Shown piece by piece: positions 25,546 through 37,520 of a DNA stretch of 64,000 bases. The DNA comes from Zootoca vivipara (lineage: Eukaryota), in assembly GCF_963506605.1 (NCBI RefSeq), contig NC_083287.1, positions 57,722,001 to 57,786,000 on the forward strand, given 5' to 3'. Positions within the stretch are counted from its first letter, which is position 1, and every line of letters starts with the position of its first letter. The notes under the pieces were generated by a model, which was not told the DNA's origin, did no database searches, and saw only the letters and a program-made list of their open reading frames with translations. The position numbers and the translations under genes are program-made.

Positions 25546-25618
25546 CTATAAGAAGCTTTGCTATAAGATTTTGCTATAAGAATGTTTTTGCTATACATTC
25601 ATTAGAGACCCTCTAAGC

Positions 25619-25752
25619 CAGGCATCCCCAAACTGCTGCCCTCCAGATTTCTGGCCTACAACTCCCATGATCCCTAGCTAACAGGACCAGTGGTCAGGGA
25701 TGATGGGAATTGTAGTCCAACAATCTGGAGGGCTGAAGTTTGGGGATGCCTG
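25619..25752 (+). mobile_element. 136-bp-family hAT MITE
   Basis: Same TIRs; TSD CTCTAAGC/CTCTAAGA. Confidence 0.9.
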
Positions 25753-25907
25753 CTCTAAGAACATTGAATTATAATACAAGCATATCTATATCACAATATT
25801 AAAAAATCTTTAACATATCTGGGCAAATATAACAATGAAAAGATATTCTTACCAAGTTGTACATGTAGTTCAAATTAGATAACCAAAGTGTGTTTGTAAT
25901 ATATATA

Positions 25908-26253
25908 GGGACCCAGGTGGTGCTGTGGGTTAAACCACAGAGCCTAGGGCTTGCTGATCAGAAGGTCGGCGGTTCGAATCCCTGCGACGGGGTGAGCTCC
26001 TGTTGTTCGGTCCCAGCTCCTGCCAACCTAGCAGTTCGAAAGCACCTCAAAGTGCAAGTTCTGGCGGGAAGGTAAACAGCGTTTCCGTGTGCTGCTCTGG
26101 TTCACCAGAAGCGGCTTTGTCATGCTGGCCACATGACCTGGAAGCTGTACGCCGCTCCCTCGGCCAATAACGCGAGATGAGCGCCGGCTGCAACCCCAGA
26201 GTCAGTCACGACTGGACCTAATGGTCAGGGGTCCCTTTACATTTACCTTTACC
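25908..26253 (+). mobile_element. Sauria SINE
   Basis: Homologous to 15278-15630; TSD TAATATATATA. Confidence 0.92.
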
Positions 26254-26710
26254 TAATATATATAGGAAGGAAACTATGTGTGTTCTAATACAAACTCAAA
26301 AGTTTAAAGGTTTAAAGAGGCAGTGGTACTAAATCTCTCTTAAAGATACAGTAAGGAATAAGGCAGATTACAGAAAGGAAGTAAAGTCTTGATGGTTGTT
26401 TAGAACTAAGGGAGAGATAGTGCTAAACAGGTGAATGAACTTAGTCTCTCGTTGTAACAAAAGTTTATCTACTGTATATTCTGGCGATGGAAACGATCTA
26501 GGGGTACGTAGCTTCCAAATAACAAAAAACAAAAAGTCATCTTCTGTGTGTTTGCATTGCATGTAGCGTTCTACCAGCGGTGCTTCCACGATTTCGTTGC
26601 GTATTCTGGATTGGTGTTCATTGATCCTAAATTTTACTTGCCTGGAGCATTTACCAATATACATCATTCTTCTCCTGTGGCTTTTATCTTGAATTTTGAA
26701 TCCTGCCTGC

Positions 26711-26883
26711 CAGGGCTGTCTCAAGCAGGTCGGGCGCCCTGGCGCTGAGGCGCGGAGATCGCTCCGGCGCCCCCGCCCTTGCAGCATGCAGTACGGCTTC
26801 CGCGTGGCTTTGTCGCGCAGCGCCCCCCCAGCCCAGCGCCCTGGCGCCCCGCACCACTGGGGCTACACCTAGAGCCGGCCCTG
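26711..26883 (-). mobile_element. GC-rich hAT MITE
   Basis: TIR CAGGGCTGTC...GCCGGCCCTG; TSD CTGCCTGC; ends match 31853-32226 in inverted orientation. Confidence 0.85.
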
Positions 26884-28794
26884 CTGCCTGCGCTTTCGTT
26901 AGAGCAGTAAATCTTCAGGCAGCTAACATGCTCCTTAAATTGTAAATTTTAACCCCCTCCTCAAAGTCTTGGCCACTGCCATATCCACAACATGGAAGTT
27001 ACCGAAAAGTGAAAGAATAAAAGAGTATTGTGGTGCCCCTAGGGGTTTGTTAGAGCAGAGCTGAGGAACCCCCCATGGCTTCTCCTGGGGTCGATCAATC
27101 TACTAAAGGGGGCCTGACTCTCTGCTCTCAGAGGTGGCAGCAGCAGAGAAGGTGATCTGCCTACCTGGCCCTCCTGCTCCTGAGGAAGCTAGTCTTTCCC
27201 CACCTTTGGCCGGCAGAGAGAAGCCTGCCCTGCCCACCCCATGGGGACTGGCAGCTTGAGAGGCTCCCTTTGGGGAGATCTGCTTTGGGAGAGAGCAAGG
27301 GCAAGGAGCACCTCCTCAACGTCTTCTATGGGGAGGGCCTTGACCTGAACGGTTTTAACTGGTTTTTAACTGGGTTTTTTAACTGGGTTTTTTTTTTATT
27401 TTGGAGGGAGGGAAAGCGAAAGTGATGGGCCATTTCTGAGAATTCACATGGTTAGAAAGAACAGCCTGCCTAGGTCTGGAAACCAACAGGGGAGAAGGGT
27501 GTGTTGTTTTTCTTGCTGGACATTTCCTTCTTTTGTTTGAGTGGCTTTTCAATGCAAAACAGGATACTAATCTCTCTGCCCTTTGCAAAACAGCTCAGCA
27601 AAGATTTCCACATTTTATGTTTTGTTTATGCTGTAAGAACATAAGAATGTATGAAGAGCCCTTCTGGACCTGGCCTGTGGCCCATTGAGTCACAGACTCA
27701 TAGAACTGAAGAGCTGGAAGGGACCCCAGGGATCATCTAGTCCAACCCCCTGCAATGCAGTTGTCCCATACGGGGACTGAACCTGCAACCTTGGCGTTAT
27801 CAGCACCACACACTAACCAACAGAGCTATCCAGTCCAGTCTCCTGTTCTCACAGTGGGCAGCCAGATACCCCCAAGGGAAGCCTGCAAGCAGGAGCTGAG
27901 CTCAAGAACAACTCTACCCTCCTGTAGTTTCCAGCAGCTGGAATTCAGAAGCATCGCTGCCTCCGACTGTGGCTAACTCCAGCTGTGCACAGACATTATT
28001 TCACATGCATGTATCTTCAGTGAAACATATGTGCTGTGAAGGCAACAAATGTGTGTTTGTAAACGTCTCTGGCATACAGGTACAGTATATTCATCAGGGT
28101 GGCATTGATGATGATGATGATGATGATGATGAAATACATAATATAATAAGAACAAAAACCAACAATCCCCCTTGCACAACACATATAAAAGCGCTTTGGA
28201 TGTCAATCCACCAAAGGCCTTGTTGGAGAGGAGCGTTTTTGCTTTGCACCTAAAGATGCCTAATGAAGGTGCCAGGCGAGCCTCCCTGGGGAGAGCATTC
28301 CACAAAAGGGGAGCCACTGCAGAAAAGGCCCTGTTCTCATGTTGCCACCCTCTGGACCCCTTGAGGAGGAGGCATATCTCACATACAGGTGGGGTTGACC
28401 CCGGATCCTTTCCCAGGACACACTAAGAGGCGAAATTGAGTCTGCACAATCAGCACAACTACCCAGAAAAAAGGTGGGGGAGAAGCTTCTGCAGTTTACC
28501 GGCGACAGGTAGTGGTTGGGCAGCAGGACCCGGTTGAGGTTTATCAAGTCAATGCAAGTTCTCAACTCCTCTGTGTTTGTTTGCTTTGCAAACAGCGTGG
28601 GTGTCCCCGCAAGCAGTGGAAGGGTGGGTGAGCCCTTCTGGAGATTTTTGTCCAGTTCTTCTCATGGAGCAACCAGCCCACGTTCCAAGAGTGGAGAGAG
28701 AGCTTGCTCTTTGGGATCTGCAGCCTGGGAATCCGCTCTATTGCAGTCTTATGGGTGAGGAGTTTATCTGCCTCCTTTTTACAGTTCACACAGA

Positions 28795-29770
28795 ATCCTA
28801 GAATCCTAGAATAGTAGAATTGGAAGGGGCCCCCAGGGATTGTCTAGTCCAACCCCCTGCAATGCAAGAATCTCATCTAAAGCATCCATGACAGGTGCCC
28901 ACCCAAGCTCTGCTTATAAATCTCCAAAGCAGGAAAGTCCACCACCTCCTGAGGGAGACTGTTCCACTGTCAAACTGATTTTACCGTCAGAAAGTTTTTC
29001 CTGATGTTTAGCCAGAATCTCCTTTCTTGTAACGTGAAGCCATTGCTTCGAGTCCTACCCTTTGGAGAAGGAGAATGCAAGCTTGGTGCATCTTCCATGT
29101 GACAGCTCTAGAGATATTTGAAGATGGCTCTCATATCTCCTCTCAATCTCTTCTTTTCCAGGCTTAACATCCCCAATCTCATCAACTAATCGGATCTCAT
29201 TTTTTGGCAGAATTACAAGCCTGGTAGATGAAGGGGATGCTGTGGATATAGCCTATCTTGATTTCAGCAAGGCCTTTGACAAGGTGCCCCATGATATTCT
29301 TGTAAAGAAGCTGGTAAAATGCGGGCTAGACAATGCTACCATTCAGTGGATTTGTAACTGGCTGACTGACCGAACCCATCAATGGGGCTCCTCCTCATCC
29401 TGGAGAGTAGTGACTAGTGGGGAGCCACAGGGTTCTGTCTTGGGCCCAGTCTTATTCAATATCTTCCTAAGGCTTTTTTTCTCCAGACCCTTGATCATCT
29501 TGGTCGCCCTCCTCTGCACATAATCCAGTTTGTCAAGATCCTTCTTAAATTGTGGCCCCCAGATCTGGACACAGTACTCCAGGTGTGGTCTGGCATCTGG
29601 GAAGGAATGGCATCCTGGTAGCAACTGGCTTTCTTCTGTTATGAGGTGATGGTCAATCAGTTCCTTCCCTAGCAGACCACCAGTTGAACATGGGCCTACA
29701 GTGTGATGCAGCAATAAAAAAGGCTAATGCTATTCTAGGCTTCCTCCACTGGTCTAGTGTCCCGATCAAG
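28795..29770. mobile_element. CR1 LINE fragments in alternating orientation
   Basis: Minus-strand CR1 3' end and RT pieces (RPHLEYCVQIWGPQFKKD) interleaved with plus-strand RT (DIAYLDFSKAFDKVPH..PQGSVLGPVLFNIF). Confidence 0.85.
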
Positions 29771-30029
29771 GGCATTAATGTGTCTATGGCACATGGTCTG
29801 ACTCTGTATAAGGCTGCCTCCTGTGCCTCTGAATACACCAAGTATGGGGAAAGCCATTGAGCTTACGTCTTGCTTGTGAGCTTCCTGTCATGGCATGTGG
29901 TTTCCAGAGCCATCAGGCTGCTGGTCTATGATAGACCCCTTTTGCCTGATCCATCAGCCGGTCTCTTTTGATGCTATTGTGTTCTCCTTTTATGGATGTG
30001 TAGTTGCATGAATCAACTGAGAATAAAAT

Positions 30030-30041
30030 ACTTTCACTTTC
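30030..30041 (+). promoter_or_regulatory. ISRE/IRF element, candidate promoter of the second GIMAP
   Basis: ACTTTCACTTTC followed by CACTTTC; candidate non-coding exon ending ~30177 at a weak donor. Confidence 0.5.
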
Positions 30042-30397
30042 CACTTTCGGCTATTAATGTGCACTCAAAACCTGCGTCAGATTCAGAACTGTCTCTGAGA
30101 GGGACGGAGAGAGTCAGAGAGAAACAGCCAGACCAGGAACATCTCCAGGCTGAGAAAACTGCCCAGCAGAAGTCAAGGTAGTGAAAACACCCCACTGTTC
30201 TGGTGGAATTAAGCAGAGGCGGGGGTCCCTCCTGCAGAAGGAAATGGGGAGGGGAATGGGAAAATATTTTGCAAATGCCACAATGCGCCTTCCGCATTGT
30301 AGGGACGGTTGGTGGTTGGAGGCAAAGTCTGCTCTCCTGGGTGATGCTCTAAAAGGAAGGGGAAAGGGGGGGCACAATCCATGCCAAAGATTCATCC

Positions 30398-31030
30398 CTT
30401 TTTGTTTCTATATAATTTCAATTAAATTTTCTGTTTTACAATTGAAAACACTGATTTTACATCCTTAAAATATCAATGACGTCCCTTCTTCTCTTTCCAT
30501 GGTTCATTTTGCATATCTTAAATCCCTGCATATTTTACAAAAACTAAACCATTCAGTATTCCATTATTGCATCCACCAAAACTTATTTACACTGTTGAAT
30601 TTATCTGCCAGCATTTTCAGCTGTACACAATTATTTTCCATATATTCAATAAACATTTTCCAATCTTCTTTAAATACATTTTCTTCTTGTTCTCTTATTC
30701 TATATGTTAAGTCTGCAAGTTGTGCTTATTCTGTCAACTTAAGTTGCCGTTCTCCTTTGGTTGGGACCTCACTTGTTTTCCATTTTGGGGCTAAGAAAAC
30801 ACGGGCTGCAGTAGTGGCACACCTAAATAACCTTTTTCTGACACCTGGAAATTTCAGTCTGAATTATCCCTAGCAGAAAGGACTCGTCTTTTGTTTCCCA
30901 GTCTAATAACAGATTATACATTTTAAACAAAAGTTTCTCTTTGTTTTGTAGAAGTTCTTTTTTGAATTGTCAGCTTTGGTCCGAAAAACCATTCTTTCTA
31001 TCTACTTGAAACATTTCATGTGACAGATGG
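30398..31030 (-). mobile_element. L1/Tx1-like LINE 3' fragment
   Basis: AT-rich ORF2-end and 3' UTR-like sequence; a second copy is at ~49095-49290. Confidence 0.6.
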
Positions 31031-31852
31031 TATTGTAACCAATCCGTAACATTTCCTATTGATTTCAACATTCCTTGTTTCGCTAGAGTGGACATGCAAG
31101 GGAATGTTTGGTCCAGCCAGTTGAAACTTCCTGTTCCTCTCGGCCTGGAGCATCCTTCCTTGCATGGGACTAGTGGGTGGGCGTGACCTTTCCAGACCTG
31201 GTAAAAGGCCAAGTCACGCTGGCCCCTTTCTCTTTCTTCCCCTTTTTGTCCTGCCTGCTTCCTGCATCACCTGGACTGGACTGCTGGCTGCCACAGCACT
31301 TCCCCAGGTCATCTCCCATATGGGGTAAAGCTGTTTCTACATGTTTGTAACTTTAAGCCTTAAGCCTGCCTTCAGGGATCACACTGTGCTCAGCCTGATC
31401 AGAAGTAAAACTATGTTTTTGTTACTTATGAATAAGACTGTGGTGTCTTTATACTTTTAGGAGGGATTCAAAGGGGTCTTACCAGGAATATTAGAACATA
31501 TCTCAATCTGGACAAGCCAGACCAGATTGCTAGTTGTCTTAAGAAACTCACACAAGTTTGCAACCAGCTTTCTCTGCTGCGTCTGAAGCGGAATGAACTC
31601 TGCTAAGTGCAGAAACCTGCTAGCCAAGTTAGGAAGGATATTAATAAACAATATATTCTCTCCTGACACCCTGAACATTCCCATAGGACCATCTAGTCCA
31701 ACCCCCACAACGCAGAAATCACATCTAAAGAATCCACGACAGACGGCCACCCAGCCTGTTTAAAAACCTACAAGGAAGGAGATAAGACCTCCTTCTGAGG
31801 GGAGCCGTTCCAGCAGCAAACAGCTCTTGCCTTCAGAAAGTTCCTCCTAAGG

Positions 31853-32226
31853 CAGGGCTGTCTCTAGGCCCGGGTCCAGTGGCGCGGGGTGCCAGGTCAC
31901 CAGGGGCGCTGCTGCACCCGCTGAGAGGCGCGGCGGAGGCCGCCCCAGACGCACCTCTCAGCTGTTCAGCAGCTTCAGGCCGCTCTCCGGAGGTGCGCAG
32001 GCCTGGGGCTGCCTTCGCTGCATGCAGGGGCGTCGCAACAGGGGGCGGGCAGCGCCCCCTGGCCCAGGGCCAGCCCAACCGCCAGGCTGGGTGGCGCAGG
32101 GTGCTGGCCCTCCAGGCGGCAGCCACGCTGCGCCCGCCCACCGCGCTGGGAAACAGGGTGGGGGGGCGCCAGAGGGATCCGTCGCACCACGGAGCCAGGG
32201 CGCCAGGTATGCTTAAGACGGCCCTG
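31853..32226 (+). mobile_element. GC-rich hAT MITE nested in a CR1 remnant
   Basis: TIR CAGGGCTGTCT...AGACGGCCCTG; perfect TSD TCCTAAGG; a decayed relative is at ~54700-54947. Confidence 0.9.
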
Positions 32227-32529
32227 TCCTAAGGCTTAGTCAGAATCTCCTTTTTTGTAAATCAAATCCACTGGTTCGGGTCCTGCCCTCTGGAACAATA
32301 GAAAACAAGCTTGCTCCCTCTTCGGTGTGACATTAAAGTACAGGTGTGTGGGTTCTGGGTGCAAACCTGTAAGGTTGTAAGTCCTCTGGCTCTGATTTGC
32401 AGGCACCTCCTCCTATTCCTCTTCCTCTTCCTCCTTCTCCTCTGTTCGTTGTTCTGCTGTTGTAAAATAGCACAATTAAGAAACACCGAAAATCAGCCTG
32501 TCAAGTTTACTGACCCCACAGGGAAAGTA

Positions 32530-32710
32530 CCGTATATTCCAGCTTATAAGACGACAGGCGTATAATACGACCCCCAACTTTTCCAGTTAAAATATAGAGT
32601 TTGGGATATACTCACCGTATAAGAAATACGACCCGGCGTATAAGACGATCCCCAACTTTTGAGAAGATTTTCCTGGGTTAAAAAGTAGTCTTATACGCAG
32701 GAATATACAG
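32530..32710. mobile_element. Tc1/pogo-type MITE
   Basis: TA|CCGTATATTCC...GGAATATACAG|TA. Confidence 0.75.
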
Positions 32711-33239
32711 TAACTAGATTGGGTTGACTGATTTGATCTTCTTGTGAAACTGACTAGAATGTAGAAGGGTCGTTCTCAGGTGAAATTTGGTTTAGAGTTT
32801 AATTTTTAGCCCTGTTTACCCAGAACTGAGCTTATCTGCAAACGCTCTTGCCTTGTACAAGTAGGAATGGAAGGAGCTCTAAGTTTTGGTTCTTGCAGTT
32901 TCTACGATTCCCTTTTGGACTTAGAGCCCTCACAAGGAGTTCATTTTTTCACTGGAGCCAAGGTGGAACGCCAGCAACTTTTAGTTCTTTGAACGTTGCT
33001 TCCTGCTCCAAGTTTCTTAGCTTCCAGTCTTAGGTATCAGAGAGGACCGATTTACGTATTACCCAAACTTCGTTTTTGGCTAAGGACTCCAGTAGCAGGG
33101 GAGTCCCTGGAGAGAAATTGAGCTCTGCATCACTGAGAGTCCCCCATGAGTTCTGCAAATGGCTTTTGGTGTTTTTAATGCAGGATTTCTGGACTGCCGT
33201 GAACCCTGAGTGGTGACTTGTCTTTCTGCGACAGGCAGC

Positions 33240-35888
33240 ATGGCCAAAGGTGAGTCTTTTCCTGATAGTGACCATCATGAGGTAGTAAAACAAAGGCTGC
33301 ATGGTTTGCTTAAGACTTCAAGATGGCAGAGGCAGGAGAAGGATGAACCCAGGGGAAACGCAGAATGGGAACCTCCAATATTTCTCCAATGAAAATAGGG
33401 ACATCCTATTCAACAACAACAACAACAACAATTTTATTATTTATACCCCACCCATCAGAATGGGTTGCCCCAGCTACTCTGGGCGGCTTCCAACATATAT
33501 AAAAAACATAATAAAACATTTAAAAACTTTCCTATACTGGGCTGCCTTCAGATGTCTTCTAAAGGTTGTATAGTAACTTATCTCCTTGGCTCGGGGGTCA
33601 CATAACTCCAGACCCTCCTACGTTTCTTTGATGATAATAGGGACGTCCTAAGGCAAAGCGGGACATTTTGGGATCACATCAGAAACTGGAGGGTCTGTGG
33701 GAAGGGGACAATCCCAGAGAGGGGTCTCCAGTAGTGGGGAGAGAGTCAGGGAATAGTAATGAGGAGAGGAAGAGGCAAGCACCCCTTGAACTCTTATCCA
33801 TGCACTCCCCATAGCAGGATTGTCCCCTTTCCCCACCGCTCATGCCAGCTTCTTCTGGGCAGAAGGATGTGCATCATAGCTGCCAAGTTTTCCCTTTTCT
33901 CGCGAGGAAGCCTATTCAGCATAAGGGAAAATCCCTTAAAATAAGGGATAACTTGGCAGCTATGATGTGCATGGAAGGGAGACCGTCTCTGTGCACTCAG
34001 AGGAGGAACAGGGGCAAATCTTGGAGATGCCACTCGCACCCCCTTGATCAAGAAGGAGTGAGAAACGCAGACAGCAGAGGGGGCGACACCTAGGAAGGAG
34101 CAGTGAGCGCCCGAGAAAATGCTCCTTGTCTATATGCATTGCCTGAAATGCCAAAGCTTTCTCTCAATAAAAGTTAATGGGAAACTTCCAGCAAGTCTTG
34201 GCTCAATTCCAGGAGGGCAGGACATGCACGGCCACCACAAATCTCTGGAGTGCTACTTATGGCTTCAAGGTGGCCACAAACATGTCTTCTTCTTGGATCA
34301 TGCTGAGGGTAAAAACTGTGGCCAGGGTGCCCCCTGGAAGGATCCATCCAGACACATTTTCTCGACACTGGCAAGAGAAATAGGGGTAGGAAATTCCCCT
34401 TGTACCGTGGAACCTCGGTTTTTTAACGAAATGAGTTTCGGAAGACCGTTTCAGTCCCAAAACATTTGAAAACTGAAAACTCAATACAGAAGCCTCAATA
34501 CAATAGCGAAACTCAAAACAGAAGCCTTGCAGCATGCTCAACTTCCGAAAAGTGTTTGAAAACCGAAGCATTTATTTCCGGGTTTACGGCGTCCGAGTTC
34601 TGAAACGTTTGTCAACAGAGATGTTCGAAAACAGAGGTTCCATTGTAGCTTTAATAGAATCACAGCGTTGCAGAGTTGGAAGGGACCCCAAGGGTCATCT
34701 AATAATAATAATAATTTAATATTAATTTATTACTTCTACCCCACCCATTTGCCCGGGGGGGGGGCAGCCACTCTGGGTGGCTTCCAACGGAATATTAAAA
34801 ACATTATAAAATATCAAACATTAAAAACTTCCCTAAACAGGGCTGCCTTCAGATGTCTTCTAAAAGTCAGGTTGTTGTTTATTAATCTAGTCTGATCCCC
34901 TGCAATACAGGAATCACAACTACAACACCCGTGGCACATAGTGTATTTTAATGTTTTAATGTTCCTGCTGGAAGCCGCCCAGAGTGGTTGGGGAAACCCA
35001 GCCAGATGGGTGGGGTATAAATAATAAATTGAAACTTCCTGTTCCATTTCCCTGTTGAGCAGCTCTTGGCATCAGAAAGTTCTTCTTAGTCAGAATCGCC
35101 TTTCTTGTTAAAAAAAAAAAGTAGGTAACTAATAAGTAGCACACCTATGAAACATTTGTAAGCCTTTTTTTTTTTTTGCTAGTCTCAGGAACTTTGCTGA
35201 CATGGCATTTTTTATCTCTTGTTTAGCCAGACCAGATGAAGAATTGAGAATTCTGCTCATTGGAAAAACAGGATCTGGGAAGAGCACAACAGGAAACACC
35301 ATCCTGGGGACTAAAGAATTTACAAGCACATGTAATCCTGGTTCAACAACCCAGGACTCCAAAAGAAAAGATGCCACTGTAGGTGGCAGGAGAATTGCTG
35401 TTGTTGACACACCTGGGTTCTTTGATACAAAAAGTAATAAATGCTTCACACCAGAAGAGCTGAAGAAGTGCGTTAATATGGTCTATCCTGGATTTCACGC
35501 CATCGTCGTTGTGGTAAAAACGGGCAAGATCACAACGGAGGACCAGGAAACATTTCGGAAAGTGAAAAGCTTCTTCAAGGATGAAGGAAAGAAGTATTTG
35601 ATTCTTTTATTCACCTTTAAAGATCAGTTAGATATGGAGGGTTCAACTATAGAGAAGTTCTTAACAGGTGTTGACGGGCACCTGAAGGATCTGATTCAGA
35701 TGTCCAAAGGACGATTCATTGCTTTTAACAATGTGGCTGGTGGAAAAGAAAAGCAGAGTCAGGTGGAGAAGCTCATTGAGATGATTGATGAGATGGTGGC
35801 AATCAATGGCAGTACAAATCTGTACACTGTGGAAAAATCCGAAAAGGACAACTCTTGGGGGAGTTGGCTTAAGTCTTTCCTTTTTTAA
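33240..35888 (+). CDS. GIMAP: GIMAP-family GTPase, single AIG1 domain; join(33240..33249,35227..35888), 223 aa
   Basis: Motifs GKTGSGKSTTGNTILG, DTPG, YPGFHA, TFKDQL, FNN. Mini-exon ATGGCCAAAG|GTGAG (phase 1) fits acceptor TTTAG|CC; total 672 nt. Confidence 0.9.
33875..33964. mobile_element. 90-bp hAT MITE
   Basis: TIR CATAGCTGCCAAGTT; TSD ATGTGCAT. Confidence 0.9.
34405..34645. mobile_element. Tigger/pogo-like MITE
   Basis: TA|CCGTGGAACCTCGGTT...GAGGTTCCATTG|TA. Confidence 0.75.
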
Positions 35889-36376
35889 ACACCTGTTGAA
35901 GTCCTAATTGTTCTAAAATAGTTTCTTTCCATTTTATCTGGTTGTATTACTGTAAGCAACTGCGGTTTTTATCGAGAGCTTTTTATCTTATCATCTGTTT
36001 TGTCTGTGGCGAGCCTGCAAGTGTGGTAGGAGTCACCCTTTGCTTGGCTTACTTGCTCCTTCTTCTTTGTATCTTTTTGAACCTCAATTGCCCCAAGATG
36101 GAAAAACCTGCGTATGGCTCCCCTTTATCACATACACAGCCCAACAAGGCAATGACAAAAATCCACCAACAGCATACAGATCAGTACGGCTTACCTGATC
36201 CAAAACACCCACCCGCCCCACTCACACATGAAAACAAAGCTCACCGCAGCCAACCACAAATGAACAACCACACCCTAGGGCAACCCCAACCTCTCTCACC
36301 ACCAAAGGAACACAAGTGAACAGCAAGGAACTTGCACAAGCAACACACTGACACAAAACCCCACATATATTAAGTA

Positions 36377-37061
36377 CTGTATATACTCGAGTATAATCCT
36401 ACTTTTTCAGCACAAAAAATGTGCTGAAAAAGCCGCCCTCGGCTTATACTCGAGTGAGGCCATAGCTGCCAAGTCTCCCATATTCCACGGGAAACCCTCA
36501 TTTTTCCAGCCGTTTCCCGCTGGCAGCCCGGATTTTTTTAAAAAACCTGTAAATCCCCTGGATTCTTACCGGCCCGGGGAGGCTCCTTCTGCACGTCTGG
36601 AGTCTCTGGACATGCGCAAAAGCAATTTCTGGCACTGCGGCCATTTTGGAAATGGGCAGAGCATGCGTAGAAGCGACTTCCGGTGCTGCTCTGCCCAGTT
36701 CCAAAATGGCCGCAGCGCGACTTCCGCTGCTGTGCCGCAGCCGATCCCGGATTTTTCAGCGGCAGAGAAAGGCACAGGACTGGGGGTTCAGAGAAGCACT
36801 GCGCTGCGACTCTCCGAACCCCCGTCCTATGCCTGCTCTGTGTGAGGCAGTGGGGAGGGAGAAGCGGCAAGGAAGGGATCCTTCCTCGCCGCTTCTCCCC
36901 CCCACCCCGCCGCCAACAGCTGGGAAAGGCATAGGACAGTATTTATTTTTATTTTTGAAATTTACCAGTTGCTGCTGCATTTCCCACCCTCGGCTTATAA
37001 TCGAGGTAAAATTAGGTGCATTGGCTTATATTCGGGTCGGCTTATACTCGAGTATATACAG
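36377..37061. mobile_element. Tc1/pogo-type MITE with nested GC-rich hAT-like element (from 36460)
   Basis: TIR CTGTATATACTCGAGTATAA...TTATACTCGAGTATATACAG; internal CATAGCTGCCAAGT terminus. Confidence 0.7.
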
Positions 37062-37520
37062 TGACATAGACACATCGGCAGTTCGGCACCCCACCGCACC
37101 CCCACTCAACACTCCCCCCTCCCCCTCTTTCCCCTTTTTCTTCCTAATGTAACACTAATATCTCAACAAATGAAACTGATCTGTAGAAAATGTAACTTGA
37201 AAAAAGAGACACTGCACATACTTCTGTAAACCAATAAATCTTCAATAAAAATATGTTGATTAAAAAAGAGAAGATGTTTCTGTCTTCATTTCTTCCCATT
37301 TGCCCACTGCAGCTTTCCTTCACTGGTGGCGTTGTTACGAGGAGTTACAAAAACAATTCCTGACATCAAGGGGGAAGTTATAAATTACAGGGGTGTGTGT
37401 GTGTGCAAAATTGGAGCCATAAACTTTTACTATAAAACAAAACAAAGCTCCAACAATAAGATAAAATAGTATCACTTATTGATAAGATTGGCAAGAAGCA
37501 TTGACTCCCACTATATGCCC

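Larger units (their letters stand above)
19900..26700 (-). mobile_element. Penelope-like element 3' remnant (GIY-YIG ORF end 26368-26700, 3' UTR and hammerhead), fragmented by nested insertions
   Basis: YIGKCSRQVKFRINEH..PLVERY..H..LLQRETKFIHLFSTISPLVLN..DFTSFL* is a typical PLE GIY-YIG C-terminus. TSDs of three nested inserts rejoin it to the hammerhead and a downstream AATAAA. The left boundary is approximate. Confidence 0.75.
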
